Shown piece by piece: positions 30,484 through 40,379 of a stretch of DNA of 64,000 nucleotides. Made by a program: the position numbers and the translations under genes. Positions within the stretch are counted from its first letter, which is position 1, and each line of letters begins with the position of its first letter. The DNA is taken from NCBI GenBank assembly GCA_965541585.1, contig CBEUCH010000009.1:32001-96000 (forward strand), read 5' to 3'. Source of the DNA: an uncultured bacterium. GTDB lineage: Bacteria > Zixibacteria > MSB-5A5 > UBA10806. The notes beneath the pieces were generated by a model that ran no database searches, was not told where the DNA came from, and worked only from the letters and a program-made list of their open reading frames with translations.

Positions 30484-31878
30484 GTGAAATTTCGGATAGA
30501 GGAAGATTCTCTGGGCGAGATTAAGGTCCCGAAAAACGCTTACTGGGGTGCTCAGACTCAAAGGGCGGTAGAAAATTTCCCGATTTCCGGGCAGAAAGCT
30601 CATTCGGCCTTCATCTGGGCCTCGGCACTGGTTAAAAAGGCGGCCTGCATCACCAATAGAGACCTCGGCTTGATCGAGAAGGATAATGCCGATGCCATCA
30701 TGCGAGTTTGCGATGAGATAATCGACGGAAAACTGCATGACCAGTTCGTTGTCGATATCTTCCAAGCTGGTGCTGGAACCTCGCATAATATGAACTGCAA
30801 TGAGGTCATCGCCAATCGTGCCAATGAGATCCTGGGTGCTCCATTGGGACGATATGATCCCGTCCATCCGAATGATACGGTAAACATGTCCCAGTCAACC
30901 AACGATTTTATGCCTACGGCTATCCGCATTGCATCCATTAAGTTATCGCATCAACTTAAAGGTAAACTTGATATATTAGAGAAAGCACTAGATAGCAAAG
31001 CGAACGAGTTTGACTCGATCATCAAGGCAGCCAGAACCCACCTCCAGGACGCCGTCCCCATAAGATTGGGGCAGGAGTTCTCGGGGTATGCGCGATCTGT
31101 TGAGAGGCATATCAAATGGATTGATGATGCGTCCGCTGAGCTGGGGGAGATCGGTTTCGGTGGATCGGCGGCAGGCACCGGCCTTAATTGCCATCCCGAT
31201 TATCGAAGAAAAGTAACTGAAAATCTGGCCAGACAAACCGGCTTCGATATCAGGCCTGCAAAGAATTATTTCGAAGCTATGCAGTCCATGGCGCCGTTTG
31301 TCGGGCTGTCATCAGCCTTGCGCAATTTCGCCCAGGATCTTTCGAGGATAGCCAACGATTTAAGGCTTCTCTCCTCTGGCCCCCGGACAGGGCTGGCGGA
31401 ACTGTTGCTGCCGACGCGTCAGCCGGGATCATCGATAATGCCCGGCAAGGTCAATCCCGTGATGGCGGAAATGGTGAATATGGTCTGTTTCGCCGTTATC
31501 GGCAACGATGAGTCTATTCTCTGGGCCGCACAGGCGGGACAACTCGATCTCAATGTCATGATGCCGCTGATCGCCTGTAAGCTGCCTGAATCGATGACCA
31601 TTCTGACAAATGCCGTCGATCTCTTCGCTCGGTTTTGTATCGAGGGCCTCAAGGCCGATCCCGATAGATGCAAAGCCTATGCGGAATCATCCGCGGCGGT
31701 TGTCACGGCATTAAATCCGGTGATCGGTTATGATAAGGCGGCCGAGGTCGTCAAACGATCGTATGCGGAGAATAAAACCATCCGCGAGATCCTGCTGGAG
31801 GAGAAGCTCGTCGATCCCAAAAAAATCGATGAGATCCTCGATCTCATAAAGCTTACCGAGCCGGGGATTCATAAATAG
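30484..31878 (+). CDS. aspA: Aspartate ammonia-lyase (fumarase II/aspartase family)
   Basis: QAGAGTSHNMN, SQSTND, RTHLQDA and GSSIMPGKVNP; a fumarase C role is not excluded. Confidence 0.8.
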   Translation: MKFRIEEDSLGEIKVPKNAYWGAQTQRAVENFPISGQKAHSAFIWASALVKKAACITNRDLGLIEKDNADAIMRVCDEIIDGKLHDQFVVDIFQAGAGTSHNMNCNEVIANRANEILGAPLGRYDPVHPNDTVNMSQSTNDFMPTAIRIASIKLSHQLKGKLDILEKALDSKANEFDSIIKAARTHLQDAVPIRLGQEFSGYARSVERHIKWIDDASAELGEIGFGGSAAGTGLNCHPDYRRKVTENLARQTGFDIRPAKNYFEAMQSMAPFVGLSSALRNFAQDLSRIANDLRLLSSGPRTGLAELLLPTRQPGSSIMPGKVNPVMAEMVNMVCFAVIGNDESILWAAQAGQLDLNVMMPLIACKLPESMTILTNAVDLFARFCIEGLKADPDRCKAYAESSAAVVTALNPVIGYDKAAEVVKRSYAENKTIREILLEEKLVDPKKIDEILDLIKLTEPGIHK

Positions 31879-31894
31879 GGAGCTTAGGACTTTA

Positions 31895-33628
31895 TCATTC
31901 CTTGCGTATCAGGCCGGTAAACGTGGCCAGAAGCAATGTTGAGAATACCCAGCCTGCCATGATATGAAACCAGAAATAAAAACGCAGTGCAGAACCCCAG
32001 CCACTGGAGGAATCCGGAAGCCAGTATGATTCCTGATGCAAATCCAGAAAGGGCACAAAGGCGTCCGCCGAATAGAAAAAAGAGTTAAATTCCGGGTAAA
32101 ATTTCTCAACTGGGCCTGCTGACTTTTTGATTAAAGTGGTCGCGGTTTTCGTTTCCTGCAACAATCCAAAATGATCCCCTAATCTAAAGAATAACGTCCC
32201 CGCTAATATTAAAAGCACCAAAAGCCTCAAAGCCTTATCCACCCGGTAGCCGTAACCGATTGTCCTATCCAAAAACCAGCCCCATGATTTTGCCAGTTTT
32301 CCTATATCCCCATACTTCTGCCGCATTCTCTCTTTTTCCAGAAGGACCTTTTTGGCATCTCTATCCCTTCCCATCTCGCGATATACTTTTGCCAGTTGCT
32401 GATATGGCTGGGGCAAATATTTCTTCTGCGGCTGACGTTTCAACCATTGGAGTCGCGTCTTAACATCGGTTGGTGTATTATCGGCGAATGAACTGTATTC
32501 GAAACCATTGAGTAAGAGATTCCCTTCATCAGGCCAGCTCTTATCATCGTCAACAAAGGCACCAGCTTTTGTATTTAAGAGATCTATCTTACCCTTAACT
32601 CTCTTTACTTTATTAAGACATAATCTTCCTTCAACTATTGCCTGCCTCAGTTGTAAAGCTGTTTTTTCTTTGTTTTGGAATGATGCGCCATCGCAGTAAA
32701 GATTACCGCCGATATGTGCGCCCTCGAAGCGGAATTCCCCCTTGGATTCAATTCCATTCAGGAAAACGTCGCCTTTATTTGATATTCTGTCGCCATTAAA
32801 GGATTCGCCATTTTTGTTCATGAATTTTGCGCCGTGGCATTGAAGATTGCCGCTTATATCTGCCGCGACCAGACGAAAAATCCCCGTGGATTTAAGTCCC
32901 TTAAGGAAAACCGTACCTTTCGTTGTGATTGCGTCGCCGTTAAAGGATTCGTCCTTTTTGTTCAAAAATTTCGCGCCGGTGCAATCGAGAATGCCGCCGA
33001 TATTTGCGCCAACCAAGCGGAACACACCATTAGATTCAATTCCATCTAGAGAAACGTTGCCTTTGGTTGCTATTCCATCGCCTGAAAAAGCATCGGCCTT
33101 TTTATTTATAAATGTGGCGCCGTTGCACACAAGATCACGGCCGATATTTGCGCCAACCAGACGGAATTCACCCTCCGATCTCGAGTTATTAAAAAATGCT
33201 GATAGTTCAATAACAAGGCCGTCTGCATGACAATTATTAAAATAGCTGTTAGAGAAATCAATTAATTTTACACGTGCGAATAGGAGATCTACTTCGTCCG
33301 CAAAATGCGAATATTGTATATTGATGGGAGATGGAAAGGTCAGTGAAAAGAGATCCAATCTTCCGTCAATTCTTATGCCAGATATCATAATGCCCTTGTC
33401 GTGAATAAAATCCCGCGCTTTCTTGTCCCTCAACAGCCACTCCAGAAACTTCGCGCGGACATGACGGGATTCCGGCCAATTTTTAGCGTTCGCCGGGTCA
33501 TCAAATTTTTCATCGCCCGATCGCATATCCCCATACTCGCCTTTCGGCGCCTGCTCAAGCATTAGTTTTTCGGCTTCGGTGAGGCTTTTTTTAAACTCTT
33601 TGGGTACGAGACCGATCAACTTCGGCAT
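31895..33628 (-). CDS. Beta-solenoid repeat membrane protein with 48-aa repeats and a C-terminal TM domain
   Basis: Four 144-nt/48-aa repeats; C-terminal GYGYR...FYSADAFVP.LDLHQ...GW segments. Confidence 0.85.
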   Translation of the reverse strand: MPKLIGLVPKEFKKSLTEAEKLMLEQAPKGEYGDMRSGDEKFDDPANAKNWPESRHVRAKFLEWLLRDKKARDFIHDKGIMISGIRIDGRLDLFSLTFPSPINIQYSHFADEVDLLFARVKLIDFSNSYFNNCHADGLVIELSAFFNNSRSEGEFRLVGANIGRDLVCNGATFINKKADAFSGDGIATKGNVSLDGIESNGVFRLVGANIGGILDCTGAKFLNKKDESFNGDAITTKGTVFLKGLKSTGIFRLVAADISGNLQCHGAKFMNKNGESFNGDRISNKGDVFLNGIESKGEFRFEGAHIGGNLYCDGASFQNKEKTALQLRQAIVEGRLCLNKVKRVKGKIDLLNTKAGAFVDDDKSWPDEGNLLLNGFEYSSFADNTPTDVKTRLQWLKRQPQKKYLPQPYQQLAKVYREMGRDRDAKKVLLEKERMRQKYGDIGKLAKSWGWFLDRTIGYGYRVDKALRLLVLLILAGTLFFRLGDHFGLLQETKTATTLIKKSAGPVEKFYPEFNSFFYSADAFVPFLDLHQESYWLPDSSSGWGSALRFYFWFHIMAGWVFSTLLLATFTGLIRKE

Positions 33629-33865
33629 AAACTGCCCCTTTATGGTTTCCGGTTGGTTGTAACCGTATTTTTGTACTCAAACAACCGCCGTATGCGTGCT
33701 GGGCCAAATATAATAGATAACATTGTTGTTTTTCAAGAATATTCGCACTCAAAATGACCAAATGAATCCCCTTGAATTCTTTTCTAAGAATTTGTATCTT
33801 GCCGCCGCAACGGGATTAGTTTGTCGTAGCGGTTACTTAAAGCGGCTTACTGATATGGAGGAGCA

Positions 33866-34789
33866 ATGGCTTTCAATAAAACAGATAAAATATGGATGAA
33901 CGGTAAACTCATTAACTGGGACGATGCCCGGATTCATGTCCTCTCGCACGTGCTTCATTACGGCTCGGGGATATTCGAGGGGGCCCGATGCTACAAGACG
34001 CCCAAAGGACCGGCTATCTTTCGTCTAAAGGACCATACAGACCGGCTATTTGATTCCTGCAAGATCTACAGGATGAAGATTCCATTCACCAAGCAGGAGA
34101 TAAACGAAGCGATAATAAATTTGATAAAAATAAATAAACTGGATGCCTGCTATATCCGTCCGCTGGTATATCGCGGCTACAGTCATCTGGGTGTCGATCC
34201 CACCGGGGTACCTATCGATGTCGCCCTCGCCGTCTGGCCCTGGGGGGAATATCTCGGCCCGGAGGCTATAGAAAGCGGTGTAGATGTCGGGGTGTCGTCC
34301 TGGCGGCGCAACGCTCCCGGCACCATGCCTGATATGGCCAAGTCATCGGCAAACTACATGAACAGCCAGCTCATCCGCCTGGAGGCCCATGCACACGGTT
34401 ATATCGAGGGGATTGCGCTCGACTACTTCGGGTTTGTCTCCGAGGGCTCCGGCGAAAACATCTTCATCGTCCGCGACGGCACGCTTATCACCCCACCTTT
34501 CGGATCATCGATCCTACCGGGCATAACCAGAAACACAGTCATCCTGCTGGCCGTGGATCTGGGTATAAAGGTGATCGAGGAGCAGATACCTCGCGAGGCG
34601 CTCTATATCGCCGACGAAGTTTTCTTCACCGGATCAGCGGCAGAAATTACCCCCATCCGCAAAATCGACGGTATCCAGATCGGCGAGGGGAAACGCGGGC
34701 CGCTTACCGAAAAACTGCAGAAAGAGTTTTATTCCATTTTCGAGGATAGCAAATACGATAAATTTAAATGGCTGACTTACGTAAAATGA
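33866..34789 (+). CDS. ilvE: Branched-chain amino acid aminotransferase
   Basis: LHYGSGIFEG, YIRP, AK..ANY, EGSGENIF and LPGITR motifs. Confidence 0.96.
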   Translation: MAFNKTDKIWMNGKLINWDDARIHVLSHVLHYGSGIFEGARCYKTPKGPAIFRLKDHTDRLFDSCKIYRMKIPFTKQEINEAIINLIKINKLDACYIRPLVYRGYSHLGVDPTGVPIDVALAVWPWGEYLGPEAIESGVDVGVSSWRRNAPGTMPDMAKSSANYMNSQLIRLEAHAHGYIEGIALDYFGFVSEGSGENIFIVRDGTLITPPFGSSILPGITRNTVILLAVDLGIKVIEEQIPREALYIADEVFFTGSAAEITPIRKIDGIQIGEGKRGPLTEKLQKEFYSIFEDSKYDKFKWLTYVK

Positions 34790-35229
34790 AAATCGCCCTG
34801 GGCGCCGACCACAGGGGATTCGACTATAAAGACAAAATCAAGTCGCATCTCCTCGATAACGGTATCGAGGTGACCGACTTCGGCGCCTTCTCTGAGGAAA
34901 GCACCGATTATCCCGACTATGGATTGAAAGCCAGCGAAGAGGTATCTTCCGGAAATGCTGATTTCGGCATATTGGTCTGCTGGACCGGCAACGGCATGGC
35001 TATTACTGCCAACAAGGTCAAGGGGGTTCGGGCGGGCCTGGCCTTAAATGTCGAGATGGCCGAGCTTACCCGGTCGCATAACGATGCCAACGTGCTGGTG
35101 GTGTCCGGCAAATACACGCCTGCCGAGTTATTAGACGAGATCGTCGATAAATTCCTGGCCACCAAATTCGATGGCGGCCGGCATAAAAGGCGGGTTGATA
35201 AAATCACCAAACACGAGGATCGGAATTGA
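34786..35229 (+). CDS. rpiB: Ribose 5-phosphate isomerase B
   Basis: GADHRG, DYPD, CWTGNG, HNDAN and GGRH..R motifs. Confidence 0.95.
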   Translation: MKIALGADHRGFDYKDKIKSHLLDNGIEVTDFGAFSEESTDYPDYGLKASEEVSSGNADFGILVCWTGNGMAITANKVKGVRAGLALNVEMAELTRSHNDANVLVVSGKYTPAELLDEIVDKFLATKFDGGRHKRRVDKITKHEDRN

Positions 35230-36476
35230 TGTATGAGGAGCTGAAAGAAGCTGATCCGGAAATCTACCAGGCCATACAAAACGAAATAAATCGTCAGCAT
35301 GACGGCCTCGAGTTGATAGCCTCGGAAAACTTCGTATCGCTTCCCGTGCTTGAAGCCGCGGGATCGGTGATGACCAACAAATACGCCGAGGGTTACCCCG
35401 CCAAACGCTATTACGGCGGCTGCACCTTCGTGGATCAGGCCGAAGATCTCGCCCGCGACAGGGCGAAGGAGCTTTTCGGCTGCGAGCATGTCAATGTCCA
35501 GCCGCATTCCGGCTCGCAGGCCAACATGGCGGTCTATTTCACGGTTCTGAAACCGGGCGATACGATCATGGGGCTCAACCTCTCCCATGGCGGGCATCTG
35601 ACTCATGGCCACCCTATAAATTTTTCCGGGAAGCTTTATCATGTCGAACCCTATTCGGTCAGCAAGGAGACCGAAACCATCGATTATGACGAGCTGATGA
35701 AACGCGCCAGGGAGGTCAAACCGAAACTTATCATGGCCGGCGCGTCAGCCTATCCTCGTATACTGGATTTTGAAGCCTTCAGGAAGGTCTGCGATGAAGT
35801 CGACGCATGTCTTGTCGTGGATATCGCCCATATCGCCGGACTGGTGGCGACCGGTTTGCATCCATCGCCGATTCCTTATGCTGATTTCGTCACCAGCACC
35901 ACCCACAAAACGCTTCGCGGACCGAGGGGTGGCCTTATCATGTGCAAGGAGAAATACGCCAAAGACCTCGATCGCGAAGTCATGCCCGGCATCCAGGGCG
36001 GGCCGCTGATGCATGTGATTGCCGCCAAGGCCGTGGCTTTCAAAGAAGCACTGAAGCCTGAATTCAAAGATTACCAGAAACGGATTATCGATAACGCCAA
36101 AACGCTGGCGCAAACGCTTGCCGATGAGGGCTTTCATGTAGTTTCCGGCGGGACGGATACACACCTCATGCTGATATCATTCATCGGGCAGGGGATGACC
36201 GGCAAGCAGGTGGAAAAAGCGCTTGAGAAAGCTGCTATCACGGTCAATAAAAATACAGTGCCGTTCGATCCGGAAAAGCCGTTCGTGACTTCCGGCATCA
36301 GGATCGGCACGCCTGCCGTAACCACCCGCGGCATGGGCGCCGATGAAATGATGCAGATTGGCAGGATGATCTCCCGCGTCATCAAGAACCGGAAGGACGA
36401 GGATCTGATCGCCGAAGTCCGCAAAGAGGTCTCCGCCATCTGTGAGAGATTTCCGCTTTATAGGGATTTACAGTAG
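35229..36476 (+). CDS. glyA: Serine hydroxymethyltransferase
   Basis: LIASEN, YAEGYP, GGHLTHG and [12 protein letters not shown] motifs. Confidence 0.98.
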   Translation: MYEELKEADPEIYQAIQNEINRQHDGLELIASENFVSLPVLEAAGSVMTNKYAEGYPAKRYYGGCTFVDQAEDLARDRAKELFGCEHVNVQPHSGSQANMAVYFTVLKPGDTIMGLNLSHGGHLTHGHPINFSGKLYHVEPYSVSKETETIDYDELMKRAREVKPKLIMAGASAYPRILDFEAFRKVCDEVDACLVVDIAHIAGLVATGLHPSPIPYADFVTSTTHKTLRGPRGGLIMCKEKYAKDLDREVMPGIQGGPLMHVIAAKAVAFKEALKPEFKDYQKRIIDNAKTLAQTLADEGFHVVSGGTDTHLMLISFIGQGMTGKQVEKALEKAAITVNKNTVPFDPEKPFVTSGIRIGTPAVTTRGMGADEMMQIGRMISRVIKNRKDEDLIAEVRKEVSAICERFPLYRDLQ

Positions 36477-36503
36477 CCTAAAAATATCGTTACGTGATGT
36501 CGG

Positions 36504-36607
36504 TCCTACGGATCCGTAGGAAAGTTACTTCCAACACCTGGCGTTTAATCGTCAGAAGTAACTTCTGACGCCACATGTTATTGTAGAGGTCGGACATGGT
36601 TCGACCT
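36504..36607. repeat. Cluster of palindromes (REP-like)
   Basis: Perfect 18-bp palindrome TCCTACGGATCCGTAGGA; CGTCAGAAGT-A-ACTTCTGACG; GTAGAGGTCGGA..TTCGACCT. Confidence 0.6.
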
Positions 36608-36697
36608 TTTTTGTTTCGTATGTGCAGACAGTTTTCTCATTCCCATTGCACCGGCTCCCTGCATTTATTATTATTCTGAATAGAAAGGAGTATCCAG

Positions 36698-37003
36698 ATG
36701 CTGGCAATATTCTCGACGTTTCCAACGGGCAAGAGCGAATCTTTGGGAAAAGACGTGGCGGAGGTTATCAAACTGATAGATGAATCCGGTCTCGATTACC
36801 AGACCACCGCCATGGGCACCATTGTAGAGGGTGAATGGGACGAGGTCATGGGGCTTATCAAGAGCTGCCACCACAAGCTTCGCGAGAATTCCAGACGGGT
36901 TTACACTAAGATCAACATCGACGATAGGCAAGGCGCTACCGACCGCCTGAAGGGCAAGGTCGCCGATGTCGAGAAAATCCTGGGCCGCGAGGTAAGGAAA
37001 TGA
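36698..37003 (+). CDS. MTH1187/YkoF-family thiamine-binding protein
   Basis: SGLDYQTTAMGTIVEGEWDEV...RVYTKINIDDR. Confidence 0.9.
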   Translation: MLAIFSTFPTGKSESLGKDVAEVIKLIDESGLDYQTTAMGTIVEGEWDEVMGLIKSCHHKLRENSRRVYTKINIDDRQGATDRLKGKVADVEKILGREVRK

Positions 37004-37035
37004 AAAAACACGGCGTTATCCATCTGACCTGCATG

Positions 37036-37118
37036 GGGTGGCATGCTTTATCCGAAGGATTAAGCATGCGCCGGCCTTTTACCATAACATGCTCAGGCTT
37101 CGCCAGAGCATGCCACCC
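37036..37118. repeat. Short inverted-repeat element (REP doublet/MITE-like)
   Basis: Terminal inverted repeats GGGTGGCATGCT...AGCATGCCACCC, each arm forming its own hairpin. Confidence 0.65.
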
Positions 37119-37151
37119 GACCGAGTACTTTATGATAAACGAGGTGAGGAA

Positions 37152-37499
37152 ATAGAGAAACTTATCGTCATTTACGTAACCTGCGGATCGGATGAGGAGG
37201 CGGAAAAGCTTTCCGATGGCCTTTTGAGCAATCGTCTCGCCGCCTGTGTCAATATTGCGGATGTCAAATCGGTCTTTGAGTGGAAAGGCAAGATTGAAAA
37301 AGAAAACGAACGCCTGCTTATCATTAAATCTATACGCTCGAATTTTGATAAGATCGAAAAATATGTAAGGGCTAACCACTCATACGAGTGCCCGGAGATA
37401 ATAGCAATGGACATCACAGCCGCATCGGAGAAATACGCCTCCTGGGTAAGATCGGCCTGCCGGCCAGGAGAGAATATCGAGGATAGCAAGGAAGGATAA
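37152..37499 (+). CDS. cutA: Divalent-cation tolerance protein CutA
   Basis: RLAACVNI, WKGKIE..E and HSYECPEII; CutA-like sequence begins at ATA 37152 after GAGGTG. Confidence 0.9.
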   Translation: MEKLIVIYVTCGSDEEAEKLSDGLLSNRLAACVNIADVKSVFEWKGKIEKENERLLIIKSIRSNFDKIEKYVRANHSYECPEIIAMDITAASEKYASWVRSACRPGENIEDSKEG

Positions 37500-37919
37500 G
37501 TGGAAAGCAAAAAAACTTCTGATGGATATCTTGTCAGATGCGATATAGGTGATGAGGTTATGTCGACCTTAACCAGCTTCGCAGCTGAAAATAAAATATC
37601 GTCGGGCACGGTCATCGGTATCGGCGCCCTCAAGGATATCGTCCTGGGATATTTCGACCTGGCCAAAAAAGAGTATCTGCGAAAAGAGTTTAACGGTATC
37701 TACGAGTTGTTGAGCCTTTCCGGAAATTTCGCGAAATTAAATTCGGAGACCATGCTTCATTGCCATGCCGTAATCTCGGATGCCGATTACTCGGTAACCG
37801 GCGGCCACCTGTTCAGCGGCGTGATAGCCATAACGGGCGAGTTCTATATCAGGCCTGCAGATACTGAGATCAACCGTGAACTCGATAAATTCACCGGCTT
37901 GAATCTAATAAAACTCTAA
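37500..37919 (+). CDS. PPC-domain (DUF296) protein
   Basis: GIGAL, ELLSLSGN, LHCH and GGHL motifs. Confidence 0.9.
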   Translation: MESKKTSDGYLVRCDIGDEVMSTLTSFAAENKISSGTVIGIGALKDIVLGYFDLAKKEYLRKEFNGIYELLSLSGNFAKLNSETMLHCHAVISDADYSVTGGHLFSGVIAITGEFYIRPADTEINRELDKFTGLNLIKL

Positions 37920-38680
37920 TGGGAATTATCACCATCGCCACCGATTTCGGCCATTTCGATGGCTATACGGCCGCCATAAAAGGAGTCATCAAAACCATCG
38001 CTCCGGAAGCCGAAATAGTCGACGTTACCGATGATCTTGCGGGAATCCTGAAAGCTTCCCTGGTGCTCATGAGATATTATCCATATTATCCGGCTGGGAC
38101 GGTTCATCTCGTGATCGTCGATCCGACCGTCGGGTCCGAAAGAAAAGCGCTTATCGGGCAGTCTGAAAATCAATATTTTGTCGGGCCGGATAACGGCCTT
38201 TTCAGCAGGGTGATCGCAGGAAATCCTGATTCTAAATGGTGGTCTGTGGATATTTCGTCTCTGCCACGTCCGGCAACGTCCACTACTTTTCATGGACGAG
38301 ACATATTCGCCCCCGCAGCCGCCCTGCTTTCAATAAACCGGGATCCGGATACTATTGGGGAAAAAACTAAACGACCACTTATGCTTGAAATTCCGCAGCC
38401 GGTGGATCGCCATAATGTTATCGAAGGTGAAATAATCGATATTGACAATTTCGGAAATCTTGTTACAAATATAAGTTCGGATATGTTTCAGCAAAGAATG
38501 AAGATTACTCTGGCTGACAGGGAGCCGATTCCATTTGTAAGGACATTTTTCGATGTTCCGCCGCAGAGTCCCCTGGCGTATATTGGAAGCCTTGGATATC
38601 TTGAAATCGCAGTCAACCTCGGCCGTGCCGATAGCTACTTCGATATCGGTATCGGCGGGAAAGTCACGGTGACCGGTTGA
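37919..38680 (+). CDS. SAM hydroxide adenosyltransferase (DUF62; chlorinase/fluorinase family)
   Basis: TDFG, VDPTVGSER, GPDNG, TFHGRDIFAP and IDNFGNL motifs. Confidence 0.92.
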   Translation: MGIITIATDFGHFDGYTAAIKGVIKTIAPEAEIVDVTDDLAGILKASLVLMRYYPYYPAGTVHLVIVDPTVGSERKALIGQSENQYFVGPDNGLFSRVIAGNPDSKWWSVDISSLPRPATSTTFHGRDIFAPAAALLSINRDPDTIGEKTKRPLMLEIPQPVDRHNVIEGEIIDIDNFGNLVTNISSDMFQQRMKITLADREPIPFVRTFFDVPPQSPLAYIGSLGYLEIAVNLGRADSYFDIGIGGKVTVTG

Positions 38681-39450
38681 TCTGCCCCGCCTGCAAAACC
38701 GACGGCGATAAAGTGATCGATTCGAGGCCCGCTGGTGACGGCCGTGCCATAAGGAGGCGACGTGAATGCCTCTCCTGCGGTAACAGGTTTACGACCTACG
38801 AACAGGTGGAAACTCCCGGCCCAGCTGTTGTCAAATCCGATGGCAGACGAGAATCTTTCGATGGCGACAAAATTACAGCCGGCTTAAAATTGGCTCTGAA
38901 GAAAAGGCCGGTATCCAATGAGAGACTCGGAGCCGTAGTATCCGATATCGCAACCCGCATTAAAAATGATTTTCCCGTGGAGATCACAAGCGCTCAAATA
39001 GCCGAGTTTGTATTAAATGAGCTTTTGAAGCTGGACGAGGTCGCCTATGTTCGTTACGCATCCGTGCATAAGCTCTATTTCGATAAAGACGAGTTTATTA
39101 TGTCATTGAAAGCTCTCCCTAATTCCCTGCAGGTTATCAAGTCCAGCGGACGATACGAGCCGTTCAAAAGAGAGAAGCTGTTTTTATCCATTAAGATCGC
39201 TCTGCGTAAGAGGCCCGTTTCCCGTAAGAGAATTGAGAAAGCTGCAGATGAAATCATCAATTCTCTCGGAAACAGAGCTGAGGTATCGTCATCGGAACTT
39301 GGCACGCTGGTAATGAAGCAGCTCCGCGAAATCGATGAGGTGGCCTACATCCGATTTGCCTCGGTTTACCGCAAATTTCAGGACGTGGCCGAATTTACCA
39401 GGGAGGTTGAAATCCTTTCCGAGGAAGAGAAAATTGACGGACAAAAATAA
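38677..39450 (+). CDS. nrdR: Transcriptional repressor NrdR with two ATP-cones
   Basis: CPAC...KVIDSR...IRRRRECLSC..RFTTYE, then two VxKSxGR.E.F...AYxRxASV cones. Confidence 0.95.
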   Translation: MICPACKTDGDKVIDSRPAGDGRAIRRRRECLSCGNRFTTYEQVETPGPAVVKSDGRRESFDGDKITAGLKLALKKRPVSNERLGAVVSDIATRIKNDFPVEITSAQIAEFVLNELLKLDEVAYVRYASVHKLYFDKDEFIMSLKALPNSLQVIKSSGRYEPFKREKLFLSIKIALRKRPVSRKRIEKAADEIINSLGNRAEVSSSELGTLVMKQLREIDEVAYIRFASVYRKFQDVAEFTREVEILSEEEKIDGQK

Positions 39451-40186
39451 AGGCGAAATGCCGTTTCTGGACCATCTGGAGGAATTTCGGTGGCGAATCA
39501 TAAAAATCCTTATCGCTTTGATGATTGCCTCGATCGGATCATATGTGGTCTCCGACTATCTCTTTTTGTGGCTTCGCATGCCTCTCGAGAGGGCGGTTCC
39601 CGACGGTAGCGTCGATCTGAATTTTCTGAAAGTAGGGGAGGGCTTTACGGTCAGGATAAAACTCTCCATCCTGGCGGGGATCTTCATATCCATACCCATA
39701 ACGATCTATCAGATCTGGCGCTTTGTGATGCCCGGCCTTTATGATAAGGAGAGAAAAATCGTGATTCCTCTGGTGGCGTCATCGTCGTTTCTGTTTTTGC
39801 TGGGAGCAGCCATATGTTTCATCTGGGTCCTGCCGTTTACGATTAAATTTCTTCTGGAGATAGCGCCGCAGGATGTGAAGCCTGTATTGACGATTAACGA
39901 ATATCTCAATTTCATCATGTGGACGACCCTGGCGTACGGCGTGGTTTTTCAACTGCCCATTGTAGCCCTGTTTCTGGGTAAATTGGGGCTTATAAATGCC
40001 AGGCTTTTGGGGAAGGGAAGAAGATACGCTGTCGTCGGGATTGCCGCCTTAGCGGCCATCGTAACTCCTCCGGACATTTTTTCCATGGCCATGATGGGAT
40101 TACCGCTATATATGCTATACGAGCTCTCTATCTTGATCCTGATAATCATCGGAAAAAGCGGTAAAAAAACCGAGATGGCCGGGTAA
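39434..40186 (+). CDS. tatC: Twin-arginine translocase subunit TatC
   Basis: MPFLDHLEEFRWR, YQIWRFVMPGL, FQLP and TPPD motifs. Confidence 0.96.
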   Translation: MTDKNKGEMPFLDHLEEFRWRIIKILIALMIASIGSYVVSDYLFLWLRMPLERAVPDGSVDLNFLKVGEGFTVRIKLSILAGIFISIPITIYQIWRFVMPGLYDKERKIVIPLVASSSFLFLLGAAICFIWVLPFTIKFLLEIAPQDVKPVLTINEYLNFIMWTTLAYGVVFQLPIVALFLGKLGLINARLLGKGRRYAVVGIAALAAIVTPPDIFSMAMMGLPLYMLYELSILILIIIGKSGKKTEMAG

Positions 40187-40379
40187 TTGAATATAGCATA
40201 TAAAGTTACAAAATTGTTCAGATTTTGGGTATTGACAAAATCCATTTATGATATATCTTTTTACCGACGGGTTATGATGCCCGCTACAATCTTTAGAGCC
40301 TCTTTTGTGCCTTCATACGACGGATGGGGAACTCCGTCGAAGCGGAACAGGTTAACTTTATATGGGACAGGGGGTTTTC

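Noticed and set aside
33790..33865. Hairpin upstream of ilvE as a T-box or attenuator
   Set aside because: Too short, with no T-box consensus or leader peptide.
37038..37151. 38-aa N-terminal extension of CutA
   Set aside because: It runs through a palindromic repeat element and has no CutA-like character.
37919..38680. Fluorinase/chlorinase suggesting halometabolite synthesis
   Set aside because: It retains the Asp/Arg/His motifs of DUF62 SAM hydrolases and sits in a housekeeping context.
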